Below, piece by piece: positions 51,745 through 59,179 of a DNA stretch of 59,179 nucleotides. How positions within the stretch are numbered: position 1 is the stretch's first letter; each line of letters opens with the position of its first letter. Below the pieces are notes generated by a model that was given only the letters and a program-made list of their open reading frames with translations, made no database searches and had not been told where the DNA came from. Position numbers and translations under genes: made by a program. The DNA is from Rhodospirillales bacterium (GTDB taxonomy: Bacteria; Pseudomonadota; Alphaproteobacteria; Rhodospirillales; UBA2165), in the NCBI GenBank assembly GCA_013204125.1, contig JABMOP010000605.1, positions 1 to 59,179 on the forward strand, read 5' to 3'.

Positions 51745-52813
51745 TCGGTCCTTGGTGATCCAGTCCCACACCGGTGAATACCGGGCGCATTTCGTTGAGG
51801 ACGCCCTTTCCAAATTAAATGCCGATATCCCCGAAGGCGCGCACTTCATTATCGATGCCAGAGTGGCCGATCTCTACGGCTCCGAAATGAAAAACATTCT
51901 TGCTGCCCCCTCGGTATTGCGGATCGAAGCGGTAGAGCCCAGCAAATCGCTCGATAAATTTCCGGGTTATGTCGATCACTTGGTATCCCACGCGATCCGG
52001 CGCGATCAGTTGATCATCGCCATCGGCGGCGGCATCATCCAGGACATCACCTGCTTCCTGGCGGCCACCATATTACGCGGGGTCGCTTGGCGTTTTTATC
52101 CAACGACGCTCCTTTCCCAAGCAGATTCCTGCATTGGCTCAAAAAGCTCGATCAATAGCGGTGAGGCCAAAAACATCCTCGGCACGTTCACCCCTCCCCA
52201 AGAAGTGTTCATCTCAACCCTGTTCCTCGGCAGTCTGGACGAGCGCGATGTGCGCTCCGGTGTCGGAGAGATGTTGAAAGTCCACGCCATCGATGGGCCG
52301 AGTTCGTTTCGGCTGATCGCCGGAGATTATGAGCGCTTGTTCAGTGAACCACAGGTGATGATCGGTTATGTCCGGCGCTCCTTAGAGATAAAAAGGCCCT
52401 ATATCGAGGAAGACGAGTTTGATCGTGGTCCGCGTAATATTTTCAACTACGGCCATTCTTTCGGCCACGCCATCGAGGCGGCGACGGATTTCGCCGTGCC
52501 GCATGGTATTGGCGTGACCATGGGCATGGATCTGGCCAATTGGGTCGCGGTGAGACTGGGCCTTAGCTCGGAAGACCATTTCGCAGCAATGCATTCGACG
52601 CTTAAAGAAAATTACCGTGGTTTTGAAGATCAGTTAGTTCCTTTGGAGCCGTTCCTAGCGGCACTTTCCAAGGACAAAAAAAATACCGGAACCGGCAAGG
52701 TCACACTTATCTTGCCGGGCGCCGATGGTTATGTGGCAAAAAGCCAACATGCCAACGACGGCGCCTTCGCCGAGATCTGCCGAACCTATTTTGAAAGCGG
52801 CAGGACAGCGTAA
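51737..52813 (+). CDS. 3-dehydroquinate-synthase-family protein (sugar-phosphate-cyclase superfamily)
   Basis: IIAIGGGIIQDITCFLAA, YPTTLLSQADSCIGSKSSIN, NYGHSFGHAIE, VPHGIGVTMGM. GTG 51737 overlaps the SDR stop by 8 nt. The ORF-track start at 51521 is an out-of-frame run through the SDR gene. Confidence 0.8.
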   Translation: MSDRSLVIQSHTGEYRAHFVEDALSKLNADIPEGAHFIIDARVADLYGSEMKNILAAPSVLRIEAVEPSKSLDKFPGYVDHLVSHAIRRDQLIIAIGGGIIQDITCFLAATILRGVAWRFYPTTLLSQADSCIGSKSSINSGEAKNILGTFTPPQEVFISTLFLGSLDERDVRSGVGEMLKVHAIDGPSSFRLIAGDYERLFSEPQVMIGYVRRSLEIKRPYIEEDEFDRGPRNIFNYGHSFGHAIEAATDFAVPHGIGVTMGMDLANWVAVRLGLSSEDHFAAMHSTLKENYRGFEDQLVPLEPFLAALSKDKKNTGTGKVTLILPGADGYVAKSQHANDGAFAEICRTYFESGRTA

Positions 52814-53688
52814 TGTTAAACGCCGCCAAAAATATTGCACGTTCCGTGGGCATTGATACCACCGCACTTTACCAGTCTCTATCGGCCAGAAGTCTTGACG
52901 CTGCGGCAAGGGAACAAGGTCTTTCGGATACGGCTGATAAGCTCCGCGCTATTATTCCAGATCTGCGCAATCAATATACCGGCGTGTTGGACGAGGAAGA
53001 ATATCTGCGCTACTGGGAGAAAAAAATGCGCGGGCTCCATGCATGGCAAGTGGGCTGCGTTCAAGACGCACTGGAAATTATCGGCGGACAAAATTTAGTG
53101 TTGGCGGATATTGGCGATTCATCGGGGAATCACGGAATATACCTTAAGGAAATTTTACCCGCCGGAATGATAGCGAAAGTCATCAGCGTGAATTTGGATC
53201 CCGTGGCCATCGACAAAATTAAAGCCAAGGGTGGCGATGCGATCCTCAGCCGCGCCGAAGAATTAGATCTTCTCGGCATCAAAGCCGATCTTTTTATGAG
53301 TTTCGAGACGGTCGAGCACTTAACCGACCCCGTGCGCTTCCTCCATAATTTAGCCACCGAAGGCAGCGCCGAATATCTATTTATGTCGGTCCCATATCGC
53401 CGGACCAGCCGCTTCGGCGGTTCTCACCTACGGACGATGGACGCGGCGCTACCGGACAAAATGACGGCAGAAGAAGTACATGTTTATGAATTCTCGCCGG
53501 CAGATTGGGTTCTGCTTGCACGGTTTGCGGGGTTTGAGCCGGTGTTTGAAAGCACTTATCTCCAATACCCAAAGTATTCGCTCTTTCGGCTCCTCGCTCC
53601 CTTATGGCGAAAGCTCGATTTTGAAGGTTTTTTTGGCGTCCTCCTGAAGCGAAACCTCGGATTAGCCGAGCGTTATGCGGATTGGTAG
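52813..53688 (+). CDS. putative class I methyltransferase-fold protein
   Basis: LVLADIGDSSGNHG (degenerate motif I), DLFMSFETVEHLTDPVRFL. TAATG overlap with the upstream gene. Confidence 0.5.
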   Translation: MLNAAKNIARSVGIDTTALYQSLSARSLDAAAREQGLSDTADKLRAIIPDLRNQYTGVLDEEEYLRYWEKKMRGLHAWQVGCVQDALEIIGGQNLVLADIGDSSGNHGIYLKEILPAGMIAKVISVNLDPVAIDKIKAKGGDAILSRAEELDLLGIKADLFMSFETVEHLTDPVRFLHNLATEGSAEYLFMSVPYRRTSRFGGSHLRTMDAALPDKMTAEEVHVYEFSPADWVLLARFAGFEPVFESTYLQYPKYSLFRLLAPLWRKLDFEGFFGVLLKRNLGLAERYADW

Positions 53689-53706
53689 GGCCGCCGGTAG
53701 GGCCGC

Positions 53707-55311
53707 ATGACCGTTCTTCTCTCGACCTCGAAAAATCCACCCAACCCATCGCAGTATGATTGCTGGTGCGCCGTTGGTAGCGTAAAGGCGGAGCTCAATC
53801 CAGCGGCGCGCGTACCGGGATTAGTGCAACTTTTGATTTCGGCGACAAATTTGATCGCCAACGAATGGCTCGCCCTGGGCAAAAAATTAGCAGAGGCGCC
53901 CGGGGCGGGTTTAGCTCATGCGCCGGCCTGCGCGGCCAATGCATCCGATTTTGGGCGTATGTTGGCTTGGGCCAAAGTAATCGAAACATGGGCGGCCGGC
54001 GATGAACGCGTAGCTGTTCTTTGCGACGACCCATGGATGTTCCGCCATTTGGCGGGAATCTTAGATATTCAAGCGGGCCCGCCGCCGCCCTTATTCGTGC
54101 AGTGGATCAAACTTTTCTGGCGCGGCTATATTGTCAGATCGAAATTGAGCTTGGAATTATTTTGGGCCGCTTGGCAGCTACGGGAACAGCGCCAAACTTA
54201 CCGGCAAGGCGCGGTGTCATTGCTGGTATACGGCCATCCCAATACCACGATAGAGGGTTCGGACAGCTATTTTGGTGAATTGATGAAACATTTCGTTGAT
54301 CTTAGCCGAGTTTTTCATGTGGACTGCAAACTCGGTCGGGCGCTGGAACTAACTGGAGACGGTCGCAATTTCAGCCTTCACGCGTGGGGGAACTCCCTTG
54401 CCGCCCTGACGCTATTCTCTGCTAAATGGCGGCCCGGGGAAGCCGACAAAACGGGTCCATATGGATGGCTGGTCCGCCGTGCTGCGGCGCTTGAAGGCGG
54501 CACCGGGCAACCGGCGATGATCCGCTGGCAACAAATTTGCCAAAAGGCGTGGCTGAAAGCCGCCACGCCACGCGCCGTCGTGTGGCCTTGGGAAAACCAT
54601 TCCTGGGAGCGCGAATTCGTTCGCTGCGCACGGGCCAATGGAACGGCAACCATCGGCTACCAACACACCACGATCGGCAAGCAGGAGTTAAATTATTTTC
54701 CCGGATCGAATGTCGATGGATTGGAAAGCATTCCAGACCAAATTTTGACCAGCGGAAAAGAGGGCCGGAACGTTCTGGCAAAATCCGGCATTCCCGGAAA
54801 CCGAATAGCCATCGGCGGCGCTTTCCGGGTGCGGAGCGAAGCGTCGCTCAGCCATGATCCCGACGGCCCAATATTCCTCGCACTGCCGTTCGATCACGAA
54901 ATTTGTGCCGAAATGATCGAAGCCGTTCGCCCTCTGGGCGCCGGCGGGAAAACATTTTTGATCAAGGGCCATCCGATGACGCCTTACCGGTTCAGCGAAA
55001 GCCCAGGCGTTTACGCCACTTCATTGCCCTTGGACCGCCAAGAGCCGCTGGCCGCGGTTATTTATTCGTCAACGACAGTGGGGCTGGAAGCTGTTCTCGG
55101 CGGATTACCTACTTTCGAGTTTCTGCCATCGAACAAGCCGCCCTTGGATGTGCTGCCGAGCGGTATTGAAGTCATGAAGGTCACGGCGGAAACCCTGGAA
55201 CAGAGTCTCAGCGATATCCGATTGCCGCCGTCGATCAATGCCGAAATTATCTTCTCGGCCCCAGATATGAAAATTTGGGAAGCGGCGTTGGTTCAGGAAG
55301 TCCAGCCGTGA
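53707..55311 (+). CDS. hypothetical protein (534 aa), possible GT-B-like glycan transferase
   Basis: Long ORF in the operon. C-terminal KTFLIKGHPMTP...AAVIYSSTTVGLEAVLGGLPTF resembles the C-termini of the orphans at 26039-27796 and 29701-31635. Confidence 0.55.
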   Translation: MTVLLSTSKNPPNPSQYDCWCAVGSVKAELNPAARVPGLVQLLISATNLIANEWLALGKKLAEAPGAGLAHAPACAANASDFGRMLAWAKVIETWAAGDERVAVLCDDPWMFRHLAGILDIQAGPPPPLFVQWIKLFWRGYIVRSKLSLELFWAAWQLREQRQTYRQGAVSLLVYGHPNTTIEGSDSYFGELMKHFVDLSRVFHVDCKLGRALELTGDGRNFSLHAWGNSLAALTLFSAKWRPGEADKTGPYGWLVRRAAALEGGTGQPAMIRWQQICQKAWLKAATPRAVVWPWENHSWEREFVRCARANGTATIGYQHTTIGKQELNYFPGSNVDGLESIPDQILTSGKEGRNVLAKSGIPGNRIAIGGAFRVRSEASLSHDPDGPIFLALPFDHEICAEMIEAVRPLGAGGKTFLIKGHPMTPYRFSESPGVYATSLPLDRQEPLAAVIYSSTTVGLEAVLGGLPTFEFLPSNKPPLDVLPSGIEVMKVTAETLEQSLSDIRLPPSINAEIIFSAPDMKIWEAALVQEVQP

Positions 55312-56354
55312 ATAACAAACCATCCACCCGCTGGACGATCCGCGAGGCAGGGCCAGAAGATTTAGACGCGATCCGGTCGCTCTATCTCGATGTTTGGGGA
55401 TATAACCGGCCGCGCTCCTTCGATCACTGGCGTTATCTGACTGCGCCGGACGGTCAATGCCCTGTAACCCTGGCCGCTGATGGCGAGAAACTGGCGGGTG
55501 CCTATACGGTCTGGCCGGTGAAAATAAGGGTGGGCGACGAAGTCGTGACCGGTGCGCAATCCATGGACACCATGACCCATCCCAATTATCAGGGCCAAGG
55601 CGTCTTTACCAAACTGGCCGAGGCTTGTTACGAAATAGCCGCCGCGCGCGGCACCGAAATTCTCTATGGCTTTCCCAATCCGCTCAGCTATCCGGGCTTC
55701 GTCAAGCGACTCGGCTGGACCCATACGGGTGACGTGACCCATTGGATACGCTTCATCAAGCCGTCCAAGCATCCGAAAATACCCGGCCTAGCCAAACCCG
55801 TAGCCGATCTGGCCGCCGCGTTGTTGCCAAGGGGACGGCGGCGCGATTATGAAATCACCCCAGCCAAACCGACGGATTCCGAACTTGAGCCCCTGCTGGC
55901 CCAATGGCGGCAAGAGGCTGGAACCTGCCGGATCGAACGAAACACCGAATGGATTTCTTGGCGCACCGCGCCCGAGGCGGAAAACGACTATCGGTGGGTG
56001 GCCGCGCGCCGCGGCGGCACTTTGGCTGCGGTGGGCGTTTGGGGCCGCCAGAATGAAGCTTGGGGCAAAGTTGCCGACAACAGGGCCCATCTGGTCGAGC
56101 TTCTGGGCGACGACCCACAGGCGCTGGAAGCGGTACTGGCCACCATCATCGAACAATCGGCGGCTAGCGGCTCCGTCCTTTTAGAAACCGTAACCAATGT
56201 CGAGCACATTTGCCGGGCCCTCCGCCGGGCCGGGTTCCTTAAACATCGGCAAGCGCCCTTTATCGTGCGCTCCCTCAGAAAGACCAATTTCGCAACCGAT
56301 ATCTTGGCCCATGACAACTGGCGCATCATGGGCAGCGACGTGGATACCTTTTGA
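55308..56354 (+). CDS. GNAT-family N-acetyltransferase with a C-terminal extension
   Basis: WTIREAGPEDLDAIRSLY, acetyl-CoA motif HPNYQGQGVFTKLAEA. GTG 55308 forms a GTGA overlap with the upstream stop. Confidence 0.75.
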   Translation: MNNKPSTRWTIREAGPEDLDAIRSLYLDVWGYNRPRSFDHWRYLTAPDGQCPVTLAADGEKLAGAYTVWPVKIRVGDEVVTGAQSMDTMTHPNYQGQGVFTKLAEACYEIAAARGTEILYGFPNPLSYPGFVKRLGWTHTGDVTHWIRFIKPSKHPKIPGLAKPVADLAAALLPRGRRRDYEITPAKPTDSELEPLLAQWRQEAGTCRIERNTEWISWRTAPEAENDYRWVAARRGGTLAAVGVWGRQNEAWGKVADNRAHLVELLGDDPQALEAVLATIIEQSAASGSVLLETVTNVEHICRALRRAGFLKHRQAPFIVRSLRKTNFATDILAHDNWRIMGSDVDTF

Positions 56355-57190
56355 AAAAAACTTGGGACGGTACTTTGGATGAATGGTCGGCGGCAACGCC
56401 CCTTCGTATGCGGATGCGCGATCTAATGCGCGACTTCGCGCTTCGGGCGCTGTCCACTGGAAAGCGCATAGACGCCACTACGAACTGGATTCGCTTTCCC
56501 TACTACCATCATGTTTTAGACGGCGAGCGCACCGGGTTCGAACGCCAACTTCGATTTCTCCGCCAGGCCGGCGAGTTCATTTCCATTGACGATGCCGCCG
56601 CCCTGTTGAAAGGGTCGGAACCGATTAATGGACGTTATTTCTGTGTCGGCTTCGATGATGGATTCAAAAGCTGTTTAACCGGGGCTCTACCGATCCTGGT
56701 TGAACACGCCGTTCCTGCAGTATTTTATGTCGTCACTTCGCTTATCGGCCGCACGCTGGCGCCTGATGATCCCATCACGCAGTCAACCTTCGGCTTTGAG
56801 GGGGGCAATACCAACTTAGAGTTTCTGTCTTGGGACAATTGCCGGGAAATGATTGCCGCCGGCATGACCATCGGTTCGCACACGCAATCCCACGTTCGAC
56901 TGGCGGAAATTACAGATGCGAACGCCACCAAGGAATTGACAGGCTCGAAAGCCGAAATCGAACGGGAAACTGGGAAATCTTGCCATCACTTCTGTGCCCC
57001 ATATGGGTTGCCCGATAGGGATTTTGGCAGCCGGGATAGAAAATTGGTCGCCGCTGCGGGCTATCGCTCGTTTGTTACCGGCATTCGGGGCGCCACACGC
57101 GCCGGCGATGATGCGTATAATCTAAAGCGCGACCATTTATTGGCAAATTGGGGCAACCACCAACTCCGCTACTTCCTAAGCAGAAATTAA
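56351..57190 (+). CDS. polysaccharide deacetylase (NodB-homology, CE4-like)
   Basis: FCVGFDDGFKS, TIGSHTQSHVRL. TTG start overlapping the upstream stop. Confidence 0.8.
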   Translation: MKKTWDGTLDEWSAATPLRMRMRDLMRDFALRALSTGKRIDATTNWIRFPYYHHVLDGERTGFERQLRFLRQAGEFISIDDAAALLKGSEPINGRYFCVGFDDGFKSCLTGALPILVEHAVPAVFYVVTSLIGRTLAPDDPITQSTFGFEGGNTNLEFLSWDNCREMIAAGMTIGSHTQSHVRLAEITDANATKELTGSKAEIERETGKSCHHFCAPYGLPDRDFGSRDRKLVAAAGYRSFVTGIRGATRAGDDAYNLKRDHLLANWGNHQLRYFLSRN

Positions 57191-58884
57191 TGGCCATCAC
57201 AGCGCCATTTCGAAAAATCCACAATGTTCTGAACGATCCGGTTTTGCAGCGCTGGCTGTTTGGTCGCCTCACCGGGCGCTGGCGGCCCGCGCCGTTTCAC
57301 CGCCTTCATCCCGAATATTTAAAAGGGCTGGAACTGAATGCAGAGGCCAGCCCAAACTTGGATTTAATGGATCTTCGCGACACCGCGCCTCAAAACCCGA
57401 TCCGCCTTGATCTGGCGGGGCATATCTTAAACCTTGAGCCCGGTGCCGAGCGGTCATTTATTGAGCGAGATTTTACCGATACGGAAAGCCTCCTGGCGCT
57501 GCATCGGTTTGCATGGATTCCCAATGCCGGCGGCGAGTGTGATCCAGCCTGGGTAAATTCCCTGTGGCGTTCCTGGATGGAATGCCATGGCGATCCCAGT
57601 GCGGAGGGATGGGCCTGGCACCCCTATACCGCCGCAGAGAGGCTGATCAATATCCTTGGTTTTGCCAAACGGTTTGGGTTGCCCGGCCCGCGGGAACAGA
57701 GTTTGGAAACCCTGGCCCAGCATGGTCCGGCAATCTGGCGCGGCCTCGAATATTTTGGCGATATTAATACCGGAAATCACTTGGCGAACAATGGGCGCGG
57801 GCTATTTCTGGGAGGCTTGGGACTGGGAATCGATGAATGGGCCGAGATGGGCGGTCGTATACTGGTTCGCGAAGGCGACCGCATATTTGCCGGCTCTGGA
57901 ATTTTGCGCGAAGGGTCGAGCCATTATCACCTTCTTGTTACGCGCTGGTACGCCGAATGTTGGCTTGCAGCCAGCGCGGCTGGGCGGTCGGAAACAGAGG
58001 CGCTGGCGACAATCACCGAACGAGCGCTTTCCGTGTTGCCGATTTTCGCCATGCCCGGCGGCTTCCCGCTGATTGGAGACGTATCGCCTGACTGCGCGCC
58101 GGAACATCTTGCCGGTTTGGTGGCGGGCGAGCGGACCGGATGGCTGGGCGGGTTGGAAGAAGAAGACTTCGCCGCACTGGGCACGGTCCGGCGTCAGGCG
58201 GTTTTTGATCCGACGAAAATCTCGGTGGACGGGTGGCGGCGTAAACAGATCGGAAAATGGTGTGCCATCTGGCATTTATCGCCGAGCGGTTGGGCCGAAC
58301 AGCCGGGCCACGCCCACCAAGATTTCGGGGGCTTCGAGCTACATTTTGGCAACATCCCGATATTAAGGGATTTCGGGCGCCGGTCTTACGGGCCGGCGGG
58401 AGAGCCCGACACAGGGGCGGCGGCGCATAATGCGCTGCGGATTGATGGCCACGATCCCTATCCGCCAAATAAACCTTATTATGTTGGCGAATTTCGGAGT
58501 TCCGTCTGCGGCGCCCCGCCGAATATTACCGAAACCACGAATAGCCTGAGTATTGAAACCAACGCCTTTTCGCGGCTTGGTAACGTCGGCGCTTGGAAGC
58601 GGAGCTGGCATTTTGCCGAGGACGGATTGTCCATCACCGATCAGATCGATGGCCGGGGCCGCCACCTGGTAGAGAGACATTTGCACACCACATTGCCGGT
58701 CATCCTCCAAGACGGAAAGATCGAAATTGGTCCCATCAGAATATTGACGGATGGAAAGGTCGTGGCGCGTCCATCGGCGCGTTCAAACGCCTATGGACAA
58801 ACCGAGCCGGCAACTTCCACCACCTTATCTGCCGAGGTTGATCTGCCGTGGACAGGCGCCCTGAAATTGGAGCCGTTGGCGTGA
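57190..58884 (+). CDS. heparinase II/III-like family protein
   Basis: GHAHQDFGGFELH and the preceding alpha-helical toroid-like region with NHLANNGRGL. ATG 57190 forms a TAATG overlap. The ORF-track start at 57148 overlaps the upstream gene. Confidence 0.7.
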   Translation: MAITAPFRKIHNVLNDPVLQRWLFGRLTGRWRPAPFHRLHPEYLKGLELNAEASPNLDLMDLRDTAPQNPIRLDLAGHILNLEPGAERSFIERDFTDTESLLALHRFAWIPNAGGECDPAWVNSLWRSWMECHGDPSAEGWAWHPYTAAERLINILGFAKRFGLPGPREQSLETLAQHGPAIWRGLEYFGDINTGNHLANNGRGLFLGGLGLGIDEWAEMGGRILVREGDRIFAGSGILREGSSHYHLLVTRWYAECWLAASAAGRSETEALATITERALSVLPIFAMPGGFPLIGDVSPDCAPEHLAGLVAGERTGWLGGLEEEDFAALGTVRRQAVFDPTKISVDGWRRKQIGKWCAIWHLSPSGWAEQPGHAHQDFGGFELHFGNIPILRDFGRRSYGPAGEPDTGAAAHNALRIDGHDPYPPNKPYYVGEFRSSVCGAPPNITETTNSLSIETNAFSRLGNVGAWKRSWHFAEDGLSITDQIDGRGRHLVERHLHTTLPVILQDGKIEIGPIRILTDGKVVARPSARSNAYGQTEPATSTTLSAEVDLPWTGALKLEPLA

Positions 58885-59179
58885 TACCAGACGAGCCTAA
58901 CCAAGCGGATATCAGTGTAATTATCCCGGCCTTCCGCGCCAAGTCGACCATCCACCGGGCACTCGAAAGCGTTGCGGCACAGACACTTAAACCCGCCGAA
59001 ATTATCGTCGTCGATGATGGATCGGAAGATGGAACCTTCGAAGCGGTGAAAGCTTGCCGGGCCAAAATGGAGGGGATAGAGCTAAAACTTTTCCGCCAAA
59101 CCAATCGAGGCGCCGGCGCGGCGCGGAACAAGGCGCTGACCGAAGCTCGGTGCACTATCGTCGCTTTTCTCGATGCCGA
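58881..59179 (+). CDS. GT2-family glycosyltransferase (5' part; continues beyond the window)
   Basis: GTG in a GTGA overlap, then ISVIIPAFRAKSTIHRALESVAAQTLKPAEIIVVDDGSEDGT...RGAGAARNKAL. The frame is open to the window end. Confidence 0.8.
   Translation, partial: MIPDEPNQADISVIIPAFRAKSTIHRALESVAAQTLKPAEIIVVDDGSEDGTFEAVKACRAKMEGIELKLFRQTNRGAGAARNKALTEARCTIVAFLDA

Noticed and set aside
57454-58710. A cluster of overlapping ORFs on both strands (57454-57780, 57802-58275, 58013-58468, 58363-58710 and others) in the right arm.
   Set aside because: All are nested in the heparinase II/III-like gene. They are Arg/Pro/Ala-rich, as expected for off-frame translation of GC-rich DNA, and show no family motifs.
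1-59179. Scan for CRISPR arrays, tRNA/rRNA genes, integrases, toxin-antitoxin or known defence-system gene sets.
   Set aside because: I saw no regularly spaced direct repeats and no cloverleaf-like or rRNA-like segments in the few intergenic gaps. Every sizeable ORF is accounted for by glycan-biosynthesis-type proteins, orphans in operon context or decay remnants.

Overview
Almost the whole 59-kb window is one very large bacterial surface-glycan biosynthesis island (O-antigen, capsule or protein/flagellin-glycan type). I call about 53 protein-coding genes. I found no rRNA, tRNA or CRISPR array, and the only mobile DNA is a decayed IS3-family scar. Layout: a mixed left arm (1-10 kb), a long minus-strand gene train (10.1-45.2 kb), a ~0.8-kb AT-rich divergent control region (45.2-46.0 kb) and a plus-strand train (46.0 kb to the window end). 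Many genes are joined by 1- or 4-nt start/stop overlaps (ATGA, GTGA, TAATG). Recognisable content includes a complete legionaminic-acid-type nonulosonate operon (37.5-45.2 kb) and a second, partial nonulosonate set: a NeuB-family synthase, a NeuC-like epimerase and two cytidylyltransferases. There are HisH/HisF paralogs with two PP-loop N-acetyl-sugar amidotransferases, an SqdB-type UDP-sulfoquinovose synthase and three radical-SAM enzymes (two B12-binding, one SPASM). There are also two MBOAT + SGNH/DltD-like O-acylation pairs, an MsbA/PglK-like ABC half-transporter, several methyltransferases, and a polyprenyl-phosphate GT2 next to a large polytopic membrane protein. The right arm carries a DHQS-like cyclase, SDR, GNAT, NodB deacetylase, heparinase II/III-like protein and a GT2. 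The most unusual element is a cassette of ACP, KAS-III, an orphan, a MaoC dehydratase, an HMG-CoA-synthase-family enzyme and an AAC(3)-type N-acyltransferase (33.0-37.5 kb), wired directly into the nonulosonate genes. I interpret it as a candidate undescribed pathway for a branched or hydroxy-acyl decoration of an amino sugar. Other points of interest: a pair of 36-nt inverted operator/promoter-like modules built from TGAAC half-sites, three large orphan proteins sharing a GT-B-like C-terminal pattern, three gene-decay scars (IS3 remnant, Gfo/Idh/MocA remnant, frameshifted methyltransferase) and an apparent GC-content mosaic. All functional calls come from by-eye motif and architecture recognition. 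No database search was run.
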